This document shows positions 1 through 8,564 of a DNA stretch of 64,000 nt, piece after piece. The notes below the pieces were generated by a model. The model worked only from the letters and a program-made list of their open reading frames with translations. It was not told the DNA's origin and did no database searches. The position numbers were made by a program, and so were the translations under genes. This DNA is from a bacterium. Lineage in GTDB: Bacteria > SM23-81 > DAOVCL01. The stretch lies in assembly GCA_029932675.1 (NCBI GenBank), contig JAOZPP010000005.1, positions 12,423-76,422 of the forward strand, given 5' to 3'. Numbering within the stretch: the first letter of the stretch is position 1; each line of letters begins with the position of its first letter.

Positions 1-680
1 GGGCAACCTCAAAGAAGACGGAGAACATACTTCTCCCCTTTTTTCTCACCTCAGGCCTTTCCCATTGGTGACCCCCCTGGACCTCTGCCCCCTCCGGAAC
101 CTGGATCTCGGATGGGCTTTTGTAAATAAGTTTCCCTTTTATCACTACGGAAGGGGCAAGGGTTATCTCCTTTGCCTCCAGATAGACATCCCCCCCAATT
201 GTTCCCCCGATGAAGATGGCCTGAGCGGCGATGTGCACATCTCCCCCGATGGTTCCGTTTAGCCTGACCTCCTGACATCCAACCCTCACTTCCCCTCCAA
301 TGGTTCCCCCTTCGGGCAGGGAAAAGGTTTGACAGCCTACTAAGAGATCACCTCCTACTTGGCCATTGACCCTAATCCGGCGACCTGCACCTCTTAGGTC
401 GTCTCCTATCTGGCCCGAAAGATCGATCTCCTCTGCTATAGCCCAAAGGTCGTGCTCTATCTCCCCCTTGATGGTTAACCCCCTGGCTATGGAGAGGAGA
501 TCTCCCCCCACAGTTCCACTTATCCTCACCGTCTCCCCGCTCACTATCGCATTCCCTGTCCACCTTTCTCCCTCGGCCAGGGAGACAGTCGCCCCCCCTC
601 TTAACTGAGTGGCATAGGTGTTTACGGGTACCCAGAAGAGGGTTAAGGCTAAAAACAGAAGTTTGCAGACTCCCCTCATT
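1..680 (-). CDS. Partial (C-terminus beyond window start) secreted beta-helix repeat protein, bactofilin / polymer-forming cytoskeletal family-like
   Basis: Reverse-strand ORF starts at ATG ~678-680 (MRGVCKLLFLALTLFWVPVNTYA = signal peptide) and runs open to position 1. The ORF track does not list it because the window edge supplies no stop. Translation shows repeated ~20-aa units (G-x-V/I-G-G-D-L/V...I-x-G) typical of bactofilin/DUF583-type beta-helices. Confidence 0.5.
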
Positions 681-998
681 TTGCCTCCTTTCAAGAACTT
701 AGCTCGCTACGCTCGCCAAGCTCTCCACTGGGGTTATGCTCCTCTGATGCGCCGCAATCTTACGCTTATTCGGACAGCACTGGCTAAAGCAATTTGGCAT
801 CAGAGAGGAGCAAAGTCTGGGATTAACCTTGGATTACAATATAATAAAGCCCATTGAGAAAGCAACGATTTTTCGATAACTTGCACTATCCTTCCATTAA
901 AGGACAAAATAAGGGGGCAAAGCGGAGGGAGAAAATTTTAGGCACACCCACGAGACCGCGGATGTGCCCTTCACAGAGAGAAGCTGGGATAAGCCCGC

Positions 999-2417
999 TC
1001 ACTTAATCAACAACATCTTCCGCACTTCCTTTACCCTTTGCCCTCTGACTTTTAACCTGTAGATATAGACTCCACTGGCAACTGGGTTGCCCCCTGAGTC
1101 CTTACCGTCCCAGACGACAGAATATCCCCCAGGTCCTTTCTCCTCATCCACCAGGGTCCGCACCAACTGACCAGCAATGTTGTAGACTTTTAAACTAACG
1201 TAGCTCGTGCTCGTGGATCGTGCTCGTGAATCACCCTCCCCCGAACACGAGTAACTTTTGAGGGTGGCAGGGTAGAGACGATCTACGAACAACGAGTAAC
1301 GAACAACGGTTGTTGCATTAAACGGATTGGGGTAGTTCTGTTCCAAAGCAAATCGGCTGGGAAGGGGGACATCTTTGGCTTCGTCAACAAAATCCGCTCC
1401 GCCGTAGATGGCCATATCCTGAGCCCCATCGCCAAAGCCGTAGGTGGCCATCACCGAGTCATTTTGGGGAGAGAACTTCTGCACTGCGTCATCACCAAAA
1501 TTGCTCACCCAGATCACGTCCTCTCTATCATCGTAGAGAACCCTCATCGCCCCCTTGCCAATGCGGATTGGATTGTCCCGGCTATGGTAAACATCCCCAG
1601 TGTAGACATCATAGCTATAGAGGAAGCCACTTTTCTCATCGCCCCAGTCGGGGAGATAGCCTCTGCCCCCTTGGGTGATTGCTATGTCCCCTGGCCAACC
1701 GCCGAGCTCGACGGTATCCACCACCGCCGGTGTCGAATCCGGTCCTGCCCAGCGGTCTATAACACAGACCTTGCCGGCATTGGCCTCCCAGAGCCCTGAA
1801 CAGACCACATGGACCCTTCCATCTGGAGCCAGGGCCAGGTCCTGGGCGTTGCGGGGCATAGGAAGGGTTGTAGTCACCTCATCGGTAGCAAGATCAATAA
1901 CCGAGACCGAGGAAGGTGCAAAGTCTGGATGCCCTCCGCTGTTGGCCACAAAGGCCAGGTTATCCACCACCAAGATTCCCTCAGGCCCAACTCCAACGGG
2001 AATATCTTTCACCACTAAACCATTCTCTAAATCAACAACCGACACGGTATTTGCCAAGTAGTTGGTCACATAAGCCCTGTTAGAGCCAACAACTGCCATA
2101 AACCAGGGATTGCTCCCCTCGGCCAGGCCGATCCGCCTCTCCACCCCTTCATCTTGGGGATCGATCACCATAATCTCCGGCGGCGTGGAATTGACCACGT
2201 AGATCCTCTCTTCGAAGCCAACCACCTGATTGGGAATATCCCCCAGTTGGAGAAAATCATTGGTGATCTCAGAAGTCTCTAAGTTCATCTTGGAAAGGGT
2301 TCTCCCCAACCCATTTAGGACATATAAGGTGCGAGGGATATCCCCCCCGTAGAGAACGGAAGCCAAGCCAATCAGAGACAAAACCCTGATCATCAATAGG
2401 ATTTTTGTGCTTCTCAC
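999..2417 (-). CDS. Secreted YVTN-family beta-propeller repeat protein with T9SS C-terminal sorting domain
   Basis: ORF 999..2453 uses a TTG; an in-frame GTG at 2417 is preceded by AAGGAGGGGG and followed by a signal peptide (RSTKILLMIRVLSLIGLASVLYG). YVTN motifs are present (NRAYVTNYLANTVSVVD...). The C-terminus LEQNYPNPFNATT...VYNIAGQLVRTLVDE...GVYIYRLKV...MLLIK is a canonical Por/T9SS CTD. Confidence 0.8.
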   Translation of the reverse strand: MRSTKILLMIRVLSLIGLASVLYGGDIPRTLYVLNGLGRTLSKMNLETSEITNDFLQLGDIPNQVVGFEERIYVVNSTPPEIMVIDPQDEGVERRIGLAEGSNPWFMAVVGSNRAYVTNYLANTVSVVDLENGLVVKDIPVGVGPEGILVVDNLAFVANSGGHPDFAPSSVSVIDLATDEVTTTLPMPRNAQDLALAPDGRVHVVCSGLWEANAGKVCVIDRWAGPDSTPAVVDTVELGGWPGDIAITQGGRGYLPDWGDEKSGFLYSYDVYTGDVYHSRDNPIRIGKGAMRVLYDDREDVIWVSNFGDDAVQKFSPQNDSVMATYGFGDGAQDMAIYGGADFVDEAKDVPLPSRFALEQNYPNPFNATTVVRYSLFVDRLYPATLKSYSCSGEGDSRARSTSTSYVSLKVYNIAGQLVRTLVDEEKGPGGYSVVWDGKDSGGNPVASGVYIYRLKVRGQRVKEVRKMLLIK

Positions 2418-2598
2418 AGCCCCCTCCTTTTTGTATGCACTGAAGGAAAGCAAAAAGACCTAAAGATTTGCCCCTCCTCCGCCGGAATCGCGGATAAAAG
2501 CAGTCTTCATAGTGGGGCAAGGCCGTAACCCAATAATTCACCGCAGAGGACGCTTTAAAGGTTCTTACCACTCTGGTCACTAAATGGATTATGGGCCA

Positions 2599-2669
2599 TT
2601 GCGAGCCCCGTTAGATATCAATGATGGTTCGCTGAACTCCAAGATTGGCAGAAATTATCTAACGGGGCG
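2599..2669. repeat. Long imperfect inverted repeat (13-bp perfect core GCCCCGTTAGATA / TATCTAACGGGGC, ~36-nt spacer) in the intercistronic gap between TBDT and downstream beta-propeller gene
   Basis: Seen in sequence as ...cattgcgagccccgttagata...(spacer)...tatctaacggggcgagcg.... It would form a strong stem-loop in the polycistronic mRNA. Confidence 0.45.
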
Positions 2670-2804
2670 AGCGAATAAAGTGCGGTAGAAGTTGATACTT
2701 TGAGCAACCCAAAATTGGAGTACAAAGCCGGTGGGGATTTATGAATAATTCGGATCCATCAGGGCAGAGCCCTACCAGCACAGGGAGACTTTGGAGCATA
2801 CGAA

Positions 2805-5045
2805 TTATTCAGCCCGATAATCCCATTTTAAGGCCCTCTTCAGGGTCAGCCCGATCCTCCACTCCCGTGGGGGGAGGGGGGCTCTTTCCATAATCTGGTA
2901 TTTCACATTCCTTAGGTTGTATATCGAGCCCCTGATCTGAACATCCACCCCCTTGATCCTTGGCTTCACCCCAACGGTGAGATCATCCACCTCATAGCCA
3001 GGCATCTCTACGGTGTTGGCCTCGGTGACGAATCTCTCACCGATTAGCCTCCGCCGGTATTGGAGTTGGAAGATCCGGTAGTTCAAATCCACTCCGATCC
3101 TGACACTCCTGCGAAGACGGTAAGGAAGGTCCCTGTTGTGAGTGGTCCTCTCCCCGCTTTTGTTGATCGGCTTAAGATGAGTCCGACTCCAGCGCAAGCC
3201 AAAGATCTCGTCAGGACTCTGCCAGCTCAGCTCGTACTCCTCTCCAGATATCTCAGCATTGGTATTAAAGGGAGAGAAGGTGGCAAAGGAGCCCAGCCTC
3301 CAAATTATGAGGTCATCCACCTTGTTGTAAAAATGGGTGAGTTCTGCTTGAAGTTCACCCCAGATATGCCACTTGATGCTTACTCCGAGTTCGAAGGAGA
3401 AGGACTTTTCGGGTTTCAGGTCCGGCTTGCCCTTAACCCGATACTCCTGGTAGAATAGATCAGCGAAAGTCGGGGGACGAAATGAACGACCGAGATTAGC
3501 CTTAAGCCCAATTCTATTCAGCTTGCCTCGCCAAAGAAGTAGGCCTAGCTTGGGACTCCATTGCCTCTCATACTCACTTGCCTCTTTATTTTTAATGCGG
3601 ATCCGATCGTAGCGTAGCGCTGAGGTCAATAGCCCCTGTTTAAACCCTATAGGAAAAGGAAACTTTAATTCATCATAGAGCCAGATCCCATGGGTGTAAT
3701 CCCTGGTCTCCCCTATCGGTTCATTAGAGGGCTGAATTAGATCCTCATCGGTATAGTGGGTCCAGTTCCCTTCGTAGCCGAAGCGAAGGGTCCCCAACCC
3801 CTGCAGGAAAACCTGGGTGGTAAATCTTAGCTGGTAGTCGGTCAGCCAACTTTTAGAGTGATATCGAGGGACAGTGCGATACCGCAGAGGGACATCAGGA
3901 GGGTAGATGTGCCTGTATTCTGTGGTTGATCTGTGATAGCTCAGGTGAATATCTGCTTGCACCCGCCTCCAATGGGCGCCACAGTGACCTCCCAAGATGT
4001 TCCGATCTGTCTTCGCCCTGGCATAAGGGGTGAGGCCAAAGATCAATCCCGGCAATCCCCGCTCTGAGCGGAACCGATAACCGTGTAGTTCAAATTCGTA
4101 ACTTCCCCATTGGTAACTGAACTTACCAAACCCACAGTTGGAGAAGAAGTCAGCGTTAATCCGATCTTCCTTAATCGTGGTTCCATCCGGTCGCTCGTAG
4201 GAGTAGGGGTAATCCCCCTCGCTTTTCTGCTGTTCAAAGGAGACAAAATACCCCAGTCTCTTCAGACTACCAGAGAAAGTTGGGGCCCAGTTAGTTGTGC
4301 CATATGCCCCGACTTCCCCCTGTAGGGTTATCTGGGACTGGGATGGCTTCCTGGTTAGGATATTGATGACGCCACCGATGGCCCCAGCACCGAAACGGGC
4401 CGAGCTCCCTCCCTTGATGACCTCGATCCTCTCCACCATTCTCAAGGGGATATTGGTCAGATCCACCTCTCCGATTAGAGCATCGTTGAGTTTGATGCCA
4501 TCCAGCAGAACCAGCACCTGGTTTGGGCGACTGCCGCGGATGGAAACCGTCTTCTCCCCATCCTTCTCCTGAATCTCCACCCCTGGAACCTGCTGGAGGA
4601 TCTCCCCTAAGTTTTGAGCATTGCTTTGTTCGATATCCTTGGCCGTGATGATTACCACCGAGGTTGGCTGTTCCTCTGGAATGCGACTACCAATGACGGT
4701 AATACAGGGCAGGTTAATAACCTTGGGTTGAAGATCGAAATCAACCTCCACAGGACGATCCAGGCCCACCTTAACTCCAGACTTGGTCTGGCTCTCATAC
4801 CCTATATAGCTGGCGGTTATGGTGTATTCGCCCACGAAGAGGTTCTCGATCACCCATCGACCGCATTCATCTGAGGAGGTCCCCAGGCCGGTGCCCTCCA
4901 CCACGATATTGGCTCCATAGAGGGGCTTGTGGGTGGTTCGATCCCGAACCACCCCCGTTATCTTCACCACCGACTGGCACCAGCCTGAGGTAAAGGTCAG
5001 AAGGATCAGAAGAGCAATCCTTGATAGGTGGATAAGCTGTTTCAT
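2805..5045 (-). CDS. TonB-dependent outer-membrane receptor (CarboxypepD_reg-like N-domain + plug + barrel); putative BtuB-type B12 transporter by context
   Basis: Signal peptide MKQLIHLSRIALLILLTFTSGWC. N-terminal domain ITGVVRDRTTHKPLYGANIVV...YTITASYIGY is followed by a plug domain (SIRGSRPNQVLVLLDGIKLND...). The gene lies downstream of the cobalamin riboswitch in a same-strand cluster. Confidence 0.85.
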   Translation of the reverse strand: MKQLIHLSRIALLILLTFTSGWCQSVVKITGVVRDRTTHKPLYGANIVVEGTGLGTSSDECGRWVIENLFVGEYTITASYIGYESQTKSGVKVGLDRPVEVDFDLQPKVINLPCITVIGSRIPEEQPTSVVIITAKDIEQSNAQNLGEILQQVPGVEIQEKDGEKTVSIRGSRPNQVLVLLDGIKLNDALIGEVDLTNIPLRMVERIEVIKGGSSARFGAGAIGGVINILTRKPSQSQITLQGEVGAYGTTNWAPTFSGSLKRLGYFVSFEQQKSEGDYPYSYERPDGTTIKEDRINADFFSNCGFGKFSYQWGSYEFELHGYRFRSERGLPGLIFGLTPYARAKTDRNILGGHCGAHWRRVQADIHLSYHRSTTEYRHIYPPDVPLRYRTVPRYHSKSWLTDYQLRFTTQVFLQGLGTLRFGYEGNWTHYTDEDLIQPSNEPIGETRDYTHGIWLYDELKFPFPIGFKQGLLTSALRYDRIRIKNKEASEYERQWSPKLGLLLWRGKLNRIGLKANLGRSFRPPTFADLFYQEYRVKGKPDLKPEKSFSFELGVSIKWHIWGELQAELTHFYNKVDDLIIWRLGSFATFSPFNTNAEISGEEYELSWQSPDEIFGLRWSRTHLKPINKSGERTTHNRDLPYRLRRSVRIGVDLNYRIFQLQYRRRLIGERFVTEANTVEMPGYEVDDLTVGVKPRIKGVDVQIRGSIYNLRNVKYQIMERAPLPPREWRIGLTLKRALKWDYRAE

Positions 5046-5056
5046 CGGCGAGGCTT

Positions 5057-6382
5057 CTATCGCAGAAGAACCATCCTTCTTGCCTGGATGAAATCTCCAG
5101 CTTCGAGGTGGCAGAAGTAAACCCCGCTGGCAAAATCTGAGGCATACCAGGAGACGCTCTTCTGCCCTGCTTTCTGGTATTCATCCACCAAAGTGGCCAC
5201 CCGCTGGCCCAGCAGGTTATAGATTTCCAGTTTGACCCAACAGCCTTTTGGCAAGCCATAGGCGATCTGGGTGACTGGGTTGAAGGGATTGGGATAATTC
5301 TGCAGAAGCGCAAAACCTCGGGGAACTAAATCCTCCTCCTCTGCCACCCAGGTGGAATCGCTGGCAGGACGGATAGCTATGGACACCGGGCCATCGCCGA
5401 CCGAGAAGGTCCACACCACCACATCGTTGGTATCTATCTGGGAGACGGTATTGGCCATAAAGTTACAGGAGTAGGCGTAGTTATCCTTGTCACAGCCAAT
5501 TCCCAAAGCACCCTTTCCCACCAGAATGGGATTATCCGGGCCGCGCAGCACCTGGTTGGTTTCGGTATCAAAAGTGTAGACAAAACCGTGGTCGCTGGGG
5601 TACCAGCCTCCGGCCGCCAGATAAGCTATGCCCCGAGGGCTAATGGCTATGGCTGTTGGGGCTCCGCCGATAGCGATGCTGTCTACGACAGAGTCGCTTA
5701 CCGTATTGATCACATATATCCTTCCTGGGATCGACCAGTAGTCTCCGGTGCAGACGACATTCAGCTCACCGTCTTGGTCTAAGGCCAGGTCCTGTGGATT
5801 GGTGCCCACATCGATAACCTTTACCACCGAGTCTGTGGTTGACTCGATGACGGAGACAGTCCCCTGCCCGTAGGTTCCCGTTAAAGTATCCCACTCCGTG
5901 TTGGTTACATAGACCTTATCCCCTACCACAGCCACCCCCTCCGGACCAACTCCGACGGCTATTTGATCGATGACCTCTCGGGTGTTGACATTCACCACCG
6001 AAACCGAGTCGATGTTGAAGTCGGTCACATAGGCAATGCTATCGTTGAGAAAGGCCATATGCCAGGGGTTGCTGTAGGGCTGGGTCATCTCAATGTATCC
6101 CTCAGTGCTGTCTGCATCCAGGTTGATGATCTGGATGTTGTTCGATGTGCGATCTGAGTTGATCACATAACCTTTGTTCCCCCTTATCACAATCTGATTG
6201 GGGGTCTTCCCCACGTCCACCACATCGTTGAAGACCTCGTTTGTCTCCAAATTGATGCGAGATAGGCTCTCCGACGATGTCGCCCCATTCACCACCCAGG
6301 CTGTCTTTGGATTCCCTGCGATGGAGCTTGTTACGGCAACTCCAATGATCAGAATCCCTGCAAGAAATAGACTACCCTTCAT
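5057..6382 (-). CDS. Secreted YVTN-family beta-propeller repeat protein with T9SS C-terminal sorting domain (paralog of 999..2417)
   Basis: The ORF extends to a TTG at 6445. The first in-frame ATG (6382) is preceded by GGAAGGGAG and followed by a signal peptide (MKGSLFLAGILIIGVAVTSS). Motifs SIAYVTDF and VYVTNTEWD are present. C-terminus LLQNYPNPFNPVTQIAYGL...IYNLLGQRVATLVDE...RMVLLR. Confidence 0.8.
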   Translation of the reverse strand: MKGSLFLAGILIIGVAVTSSIAGNPKTAWVVNGATSSESLSRINLETNEVFNDVVDVGKTPNQIVIRGNKGYVINSDRTSNNIQIINLDADSTEGYIEMTQPYSNPWHMAFLNDSIAYVTDFNIDSVSVVNVNTREVIDQIAVGVGPEGVAVVGDKVYVTNTEWDTLTGTYGQGTVSVIESTTDSVVKVIDVGTNPQDLALDQDGELNVVCTGDYWSIPGRIYVINTVSDSVVDSIAIGGAPTAIAISPRGIAYLAAGGWYPSDHGFVYTFDTETNQVLRGPDNPILVGKGALGIGCDKDNYAYSCNFMANTVSQIDTNDVVVWTFSVGDGPVSIAIRPASDSTWVAEEEDLVPRGFALLQNYPNPFNPVTQIAYGLPKGCWVKLEIYNLLGQRVATLVDEYQKAGQKSVSWYASDFASGVYFCHLEAGDFIQARRMVLLR

Positions 6383-6627
6383 AGTCTTTCTCCCTTCCAG
6401 TTTGAGGTTAATGTTGGGCTCCGAAGCCAGAGCACTATCTTTCAAATATGCATTCTATCACCCCCTCGCTTTGAGACTGTCTGCCTATTACAAAACTGGT
6501 AAGACAAGGGATTGGAAACCTTATTATGGCGATGGAGCCCCATCTTGCGGCTTCGACAAATTGAACCCCTGGTATACACCGAACTTGGCTCCTCAAGGTT
6601 GTGTGGGGCGGCCTCTGTCTCATCTCT

Positions 6628-7611
6628 CTATCTGATCAGCACAAGTCTCCTCGTCCTTTCAGCTTTCGGCTTTCGGCTTTCAGCTTTCAGCCCTATCACT
6701 TCTAACCTACATAGATACACCCCGCTGGCCAACTCTCCCCCCAGGTTGTCTTTTCCATCCCAGATTACGGTATATTCTCCGGGCGACTGTTGTTCATCCA
6801 CCAGGGTCCTCACCTCCTGGCCTAAGATGTTGTAGACCCGGAGGGTGACGGCGGTCTGCGGACGGCCGACGGCCGACAGACGGTAGCGGATGAGGGTGGA
6901 GGAGTTAAACGGATTGGGGTAATTTTGGGCCAAGAGAAAGGAGCCTGGTAGGTTTTTCTCATCACCCCCCCTGCACCCACTCGATGAGTGGATGGCAACA
7001 ATGGCATCCAGATCGAAGGAGGGGCCTGAATCCTGAACCAGGCTGTCCGCATCGGTAACCCTGACAAAACGAGCAGAGGGCAAACCCACCTCGGCTAAGT
7101 CGAAGGAGTCTCCCCCAGAGACAGTCGGATCAGTGGGATCCGCGGCCCCATTGGTGGGAGTCACCCCGGCCAATCCGGCGAAGGTTTTGGGATCATAGGG
7201 AAACTCAATGAAGTCAATCCCATCCTGGCTAACTGCCACTATTCCCGTCTCGGCATAGGACTTGGTGGTATCTCCTCCTATATAGAAGGGGTTTTCGAAG
7301 ACGGTGAAATCGGGGCCTTCCTTGTCCACTATGATGTTGTCAATAAATTCCAAAATGATACTCCCACCTGTTCCCAGGGACAAAAGTTCCCGAGGGCTAC
7401 TACTGGGGCTGGTAGATGTGGCCATTGAATCCGGTGGCCCGAGCACATTGCCCGGAAAATATGGCTCTCCGAAACCGGCTCCCGGCCCGGGAGAAAAAGC
7501 AACCACGGAATCGGCCCAGGGGTCACCAAGATCCTGTGGCAAACCCTCCGAAAAGGGGTAAGATATTGCCAACAGGATAAGCATCCCGATTAAGGTTCTA
7601 CCTCTTCCCAT
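6628..7611 (-). CDS. Secreted protein with T9SS C-terminal sorting domain (first gene after riboswitch)
   Basis: ATG at 7609-7611 is preceded by GAGGAGG 6 nt upstream, with signal peptide MGRGRTLIGMLILLAISYPFSEG. C-terminus LLAQNYPNPFNSSTLIRYRL...VYNILGQEVRTLVDE...GVYLCRLEV. The extreme C-terminal tail is encoded by a heptanucleotide tandem repeat. Confidence 0.75.
   Translation of the reverse strand: MGRGRTLIGMLILLAISYPFSEGLPQDLGDPWADSVVAFSPGPGAGFGEPYFPGNVLGPPDSMATSTSPSSSPRELLSLGTGGSIILEFIDNIIVDKEGPDFTVFENPFYIGGDTTKSYAETGIVAVSQDGIDFIEFPYDPKTFAGLAGVTPTNGAADPTDPTVSGGDSFDLAEVGLPSARFVRVTDADSLVQDSGPSFDLDAIVAIHSSSGCRGGDEKNLPGSFLLAQNYPNPFNSSTLIRYRLSAVGRPQTAVTLRVYNILGQEVRTLVDEQQSPGEYTVIWDGKDNLGGELASGVYLCRLEVIGLKAESRKPKAERTRRLVLIR
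6656..6690. repeat. Heptanucleotide tandem repeat (CTTTCRG x5) inside coding sequence
   Basis: Read directly: ctttcag ctttcgg ctttcgg ctttcag ctttcag. It encodes KAESRKPKAERT within the last strand region of the CTD of gene 6628..7611. Confidence 0.8.
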
Positions 7612-7858
7612 TGTCTGCCTCCTCTGACAAACATTGTTTTAGATCCCAAGTTTTACAGAGTTTTTCATAGAAACCGCAGATTCACGCAAATGGACGCAGA
7701 TTCTACCGCACTTTAGTGCGGGTTCAGAAACTGAGAAGAGTGAGATTGCTCGTCGCAGAGCCTGTGCTGAGAGGGATCAAAGCGCTCCTCGCCAAGACCC
7801 ATCCCTTTGCCTGTCATTGCGAGTCCCGAGCGGGTGGGTGCCCTTAGCTGATGGTACT

Positions 7859-7884
7859 GGTGGCAGAATCGGGGTTCTTCCACC
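7859..7884. repeat. Copy A of a recurring intergenic hairpin element GGTGGCAGAATCGGGGTTCTkCCACC
   Basis: Near-identical to the copies at ~48846 and ~56531 (shared 9-bp arms GTGGCAGAA / TTCTGCCAC, G-rich loop, conserved CCACCTC 3' flank). Confidence 0.55.
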
Positions 7885-7981
7885 TCGGTAATAACTTTCT
7901 AATTTCCATTTTCGCCTCGATTTGCGGCTTTGCTGCGCTATGTCTATCTGGGTTCATCCGTGGTTGGCTATTATTTGAAAT

Positions 7982-8014
7982 AAAAAACCCGACCTTCTTA
8001 GGAAGAAAGTCGGG
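7982..8014 (-). terminator. Rho-independent terminator (expression platform of the cobalamin riboswitch)
   Basis: Minus-strand reading: CCCGACuuucuuccuaagaagGUCGGG followed by UUUUUUAUUUC. The stem has a nested inner hairpin. Confidence 0.7.
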
Positions 8015-8029
8015 TTTTACCCGGATACT

Positions 8030-8288
8030 CCGAACCTCACCCTCGAAGGTTTCTGGAATTCCAAACGAACCCGGCAGGTTTCCTGACTTAGGGCTTCAAA
8101 CCTACTCACCAGACCTTCCCATTCCGACTTCGGTCAGAACAGTGGTTCTCTTAAGTCATCAGGCCTAATCGCCTGAATGACTTGGCTGGCTTTCGTAGCC
8201 CATCACAGTAGCGGGGCTGTGACGGATTCTCACCGTCTTCCCTTTTACCCTGATAAGGCACCGGGAACACAAGATTTACCAAAGAACA
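8030..8288 (-). ncRNA. Cobalamin (AdoCbl/B12) riboswitch
   Basis: Minus-strand RNA contains UAAAAGGGAAGACGGUGAGAAUCCGUCACAGCCCCGCUACUGUGAUGG (GGUGnnAAUCC and CCCGCnACUGU cores), then ACCACUGUUCUGACCGAAGUCGGAAUGGGAAGGUC, then AAGUCAGGAAACCUGCCG. The last segment matches the B12-box consensus rAGYCMGgAgaCCkGCcd at 17 of 18 positions; it is the reverse complement of plus 8072-8089. A promoter lies upstream and an intrinsic terminator downstream. Confidence 0.85.
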
Positions 8289-8294
8289 AACTCA

Positions 8295-8322
8295 ATATAG
8301 CAGACTCTCAGCAGAAGTCAAG
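8295..8322 (-). promoter_or_regulatory. Sigma-70-type promoter driving the riboswitch leader
   Basis: Minus strand: TTGACT - 16 nt - TATATT (cccTTGACTtctgctgagagtctgcTATATTgagtttg). The inferred transcription start is a few nt before the riboswitch P1 region. Confidence 0.6.
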
Positions 8323-8564
8323 GGTTTTTTGGGGCCAAAAGTTCCCGCCAAGTGCTTAGCTCGAGTTATTTATACACCCCAGGCCTGAAAATTTAGTCTC
8401 TTTGGGAAGGAATTTTTTTCCCATTATCCATCCTTTTGGCGTGAAAGGAAAAAAGAGTGGTTTTTTAACTCCCAGAAATTCAAGGAGATAGAAAAAAACC
8501 AAGGGGAATATATCTTGGTATGGTTTTTGTATAGACCTCCATCGATGAAAACCAAGGAGAGGAG

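Noticed and set aside
1-680. Alternative reading of the first 680 nt as the listed small ORFs (51..278 minus, 65..262 plus, 366..608 plus)
   Set aside because: A single uninterrupted minus-strand frame with signal peptide and beta-helix repeats spans the whole region. The small ORFs are out-of-frame artefacts.
6656-6690. Checked whether the short tandem repeats (6656-6690; 1200-1240 GCTCGTG units) could be a CRISPR array
   Set aside because: Units are 7 nt with no spacers and lie inside coding sequence. No CRISPR array is present in the window.
2682-7709. 16-nt identical segment TAAAGTGCGGTAGAA at ~2682 (plus) and ~7697 (reverse complement), plus shared cattgcgag motif near 2596 and 7836
   Set aside because: The expected number of chance 16-mers between strands in a 64-kb window is about 1-2, and the two shared motifs are in inconsistent relative orientation. 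I could not establish a repeat family.
7851-8168. Plus-strand ORF 7851..8168 (105 aa) and ORF 8177..8359 (60 aa)
   Set aside because: They lie antisense to, or across, the riboswitch and terminator. They have no ribosome-binding site and no coding-like composition. The region is explained by the ncRNA.
7985-8290. Considered tmRNA, RNase P RNA, SRP RNA or 6S RNA for the ~300-nt promoter-to-terminator RNA
   Set aside because: There is no tmRNA tag ORF or acceptor/T-arm end. RNase P P4 halves (GGAAAGUCCGG / ACAGAACCCGGCUUA) are absent. There is no SRP domain IV (GUCAGGUCCGGAAGGAAGCAG). The B12-element cores and B12 box match instead.
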